Source of the DNA: Saccostrea cucullata
Taxonomy: Eukaryota
Direction: 5' to 3'
DNA: 64,000 nt
NCBI RefSeq assembly: GCF_032062105.1
Contig: NW_026931726.1
Location: 310,001-374,000 of the forward strand
A program made the position numbers and the translations under genes. Every line of letters starts with the position of its first letter. Position 1 is the first letter of the stretch. The notes under the pieces are model-generated. The model was given only the letters and a program-made list of their open reading frames with translations, did not search any database and was not told the origin of the DNA. Shown here in pieces: positions 61,615 to 64,000 of this stretch.

Positions 61615-61874
61615 ATGAGTACCACAGCAGAATTCATAGATGGTGCCAACTTTGTAGAAGCCATTCATTCTGTGCGAGATGACAACACAGATGATAAGTA
61701 TGTCTTGGTCCAACATGTGGAGGAAAACCCCAATAAACTGACCATTCTGCGGACAGGTCAAGACCCAGCAGAGTTAGTGGAATATTTAGATGATTGCCAG
61801 GCTATGTATGCACTAGCCAGATACGAGTCCACGTTTGATATGTCCAACACCATCAAATTTGTCTACTTTAGATG
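61615..61874 (+). CDS. First coding exon of an ADF-H domain actin-binding protein (coactosin/drebrin-like); gene continues beyond the window
   Basis: Acceptor TTTCAG at 61600. AIHSVRDDNTDDKYVLV...LDDCQAMYALAR...KFVYFRW matches the ADF-H pattern. Donor GTATGT at 61875. Confidence 0.8.
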
Positions 61875-61914
61875 GTATGTGTTCTTGAATTCATTTGATG
61901 TTTTTTCATATGCC

Positions 61915-62866
61915 TTTTTAGCTCACCTCGACGAAGTCGATATGAGCTTATGCTATACCCCCGGCGTCGGCGTCGGTGTCATCGTCCCAGTTAAAGTGTT
62001 AGGACCCAAGTAAATATAAGCTCTAACTGGACCAAACTTGCATGGATGATGCATCTAGGGATGGACACTACCAGACTTGCTTCGGATGCTGGATGCGACC
62101 TACATTTTCTAGTTGAGTGACCAGGTTAAAGTTTTCTGAGCAGGTCCATTCCCAATTAACTATAAGCCCTACCCGTACCAAACTTGCATGGATGATGCAT
62201 CTAGGGATGGACACTACCAGACTTGCTTCGGATGCTGGATGTGACCTACATTTTCCAGATGAGTGACCAGGTCAAAGTTTTCTGAGCAGGTCCATTCCCA
62301 AGTAAATATAAGCCCTACCTGGACCAAACTTGCATAAATGCTGCATCTTGGGATGGACACTACCAGACTTGCTTCGGGTGCTGGATGTGACCTACATTTT
62401 CCAGATGAGTGACCAGATAAAGTTTTTGGAGCAGGTCCATTCCCAAGTAAATATAAGCCCTACCTGGACCAAACTTGCATAAATGCTGCATTTTGGGATG
62501 GACACTACCAGACTTGCTTCGGATGCTGGATGTGACCTACATTTTCCAGATTAGTGACTAGGTTATTCCCAAGTAATTAAAAGCCCTACTCGGGCCATAC
62601 TTGCATGGATGATGCATTTAAGGATGGACAATGGAAAGTTGCTTTGGATGTTGGATCTGACCCGTATTTTCCAAACAATTGATGATGTTAAATTTTTTGG
62701 AACTGGTCAATCCCCAATGAAATTTAAGACCTATTTAAACAGAACTTGCTTGAATACTGTTGTCAGAATAAATGCTAACTGTTAAGGAAATATGATTTGA
62801 GATTTGCATTACCTAAATTGATAACATTTGTCGAGGTGAGCTTTGTAATCTTTGATTACCTATGTT
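61915..62866 (+). mobile_element. Young HINE-like element with ~146-bp tandem array (about 4.5 units) in the ADF-H gene intron
   Basis: GCTCACCTCGAC / GTCGAGGTGAGC inverted pair, (GGCGTC)n microsatellite, CCAAACTTGCAT at 62032, 62178, 62324, 62469. Confidence 0.85.
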
Positions 62867-64000
62867 TTATGTACATGTATTGAATACTTTCAGAATATGT
62901 GATCACCCTATTACAAAAGAAAACAAACATTCTGAGAGTATAGCATTAGCAATACTTATCCTCTAGTTCTAACAAGTGTTATTTGCCAATATTTGGTTCC
63001 CATTTAAAATTGAAAATGCAGTAATCCCATCAAAAAATTATTGAAATGGAAGAAAAATTTAATCTTGATCTATAACTCATCCAGATACACCCTTGTACCA
63101 AAATAAGCTCAATATTTGCAAGCATTTAGAAAAAAAAAACCTGCAGAAAACTAGTTGGAACAAACAAACAGCTAGACTGACGGACAGGCGTGATTTAAAT
63201 TAACTTATTGTAGTACCGTCTGGTTTAATGTGTAGGAAACCATAATAAACTGATATATTTGAATAAAAGGATGATGTGACATAACTGCTATCTGGGCCCC
63301 TTTTTCCACAACGAATTATATTTAATCTACAACGATGCTGGTAGTTTTCAAACATGAGTGAATAAATACGACGCCTTTTGAATAGTTTCAATAGTTCAGA
63401 CACATTTTAATTATAAGGAATACTGCATTATCTGTGATTTCTTAGACCCTATCACAGCTAAATTCGGCTAGGTTTGTGCGAGTATTTTCTTTTATGGCAA
63501 GGGAATGGGCGGGTCTTAGTTCAATAGAGGGATATGCGTGCCAGAGAAGACCTTATATGGCTATTGTTATTATTTCGCACTTAGTCATTGTCCAATCCGA
63601 TGACAGAACAACAAAACATGCTGGTTTACTACGTTTACATTTTATCACAGGCACGTGGTTTTGGTCAATTTACCTGTTGTCCTTTTCTACATTTCAAACT
63701 TTTATAATGGTCAGCCAACGCTGTTTATACTTAATAATACGCATGGATTTTCAGCATTTACGGTTTTTAGGACAAGAAATGCACATGAAACTTGTATTCA
63801 CCGATACTCGGGAATACGTGTAGACCTAGCGAATTGCTCACCAAACACGCTACAAAACTTTAAACTAATGTATATCATGTATATTCTATCAATTGTTTGT
63901 AACTGTATATAAATTTTACTGTGGTCTCGGAAATGGTACATGTGTAGATCCGAGTCTAGTCTGTGACTCAAATGCATAAAAATATCGGAAAGCAGTAAAA

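Noticed and set aside
62893-62965. Second ADF-H exon creating an in-frame TGA (selenocysteine or readthrough)
   Set aside because: The peptide after the junction does not resemble the ADF-H continuation and no SECIS was seen; the true exon probably lies beyond the window.

Overview
AT-rich, intron-containing animal DNA, most likely from an ostreid oyster. This is inferred from a ~168-bp satellite resembling the oyster Cg170/HindIII family, carried inside Helitron/Helentron-type elements. Reading splice sites by hand gives six complete or near-complete genes and one partial gene. (1) SURF1-like (+, 1495-10361; 3' exons uncertain). (2) Uridine-cytidine kinase (-, 13010-16098/16161), with an in-frame extension resembling a mitochondrial presequence. 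(3) Intronless RING-Bbox-Bbox-coiled-coil-NHL TRIM (+, 20085-22103). (4) An unrecognised two-exon secreted Cys-rich, saposin-like 149-aa protein (+, 23512-24875). (5) A 14-exon secreted DUF5054/GH38-like putative glycoside hydrolase of 746 aa (+, 30693-40912). (6) Ca2+-binding mitochondrial carrier SCaMC (-, 46082-56330). (7) The first coding exon of an ADF-H/coactosin-like protein (+, 61615-61874). Introns and intergenic DNA are dense with non-autonomous Helentron-like elements with internal tandem arrays (nested up to three deep), MITEs with 5- to 10-bp TSDs, long palindromes, Penelope and LINE fragments and a tRNA-derived SINE. All homology calls are from motif recognition; no database search was run.
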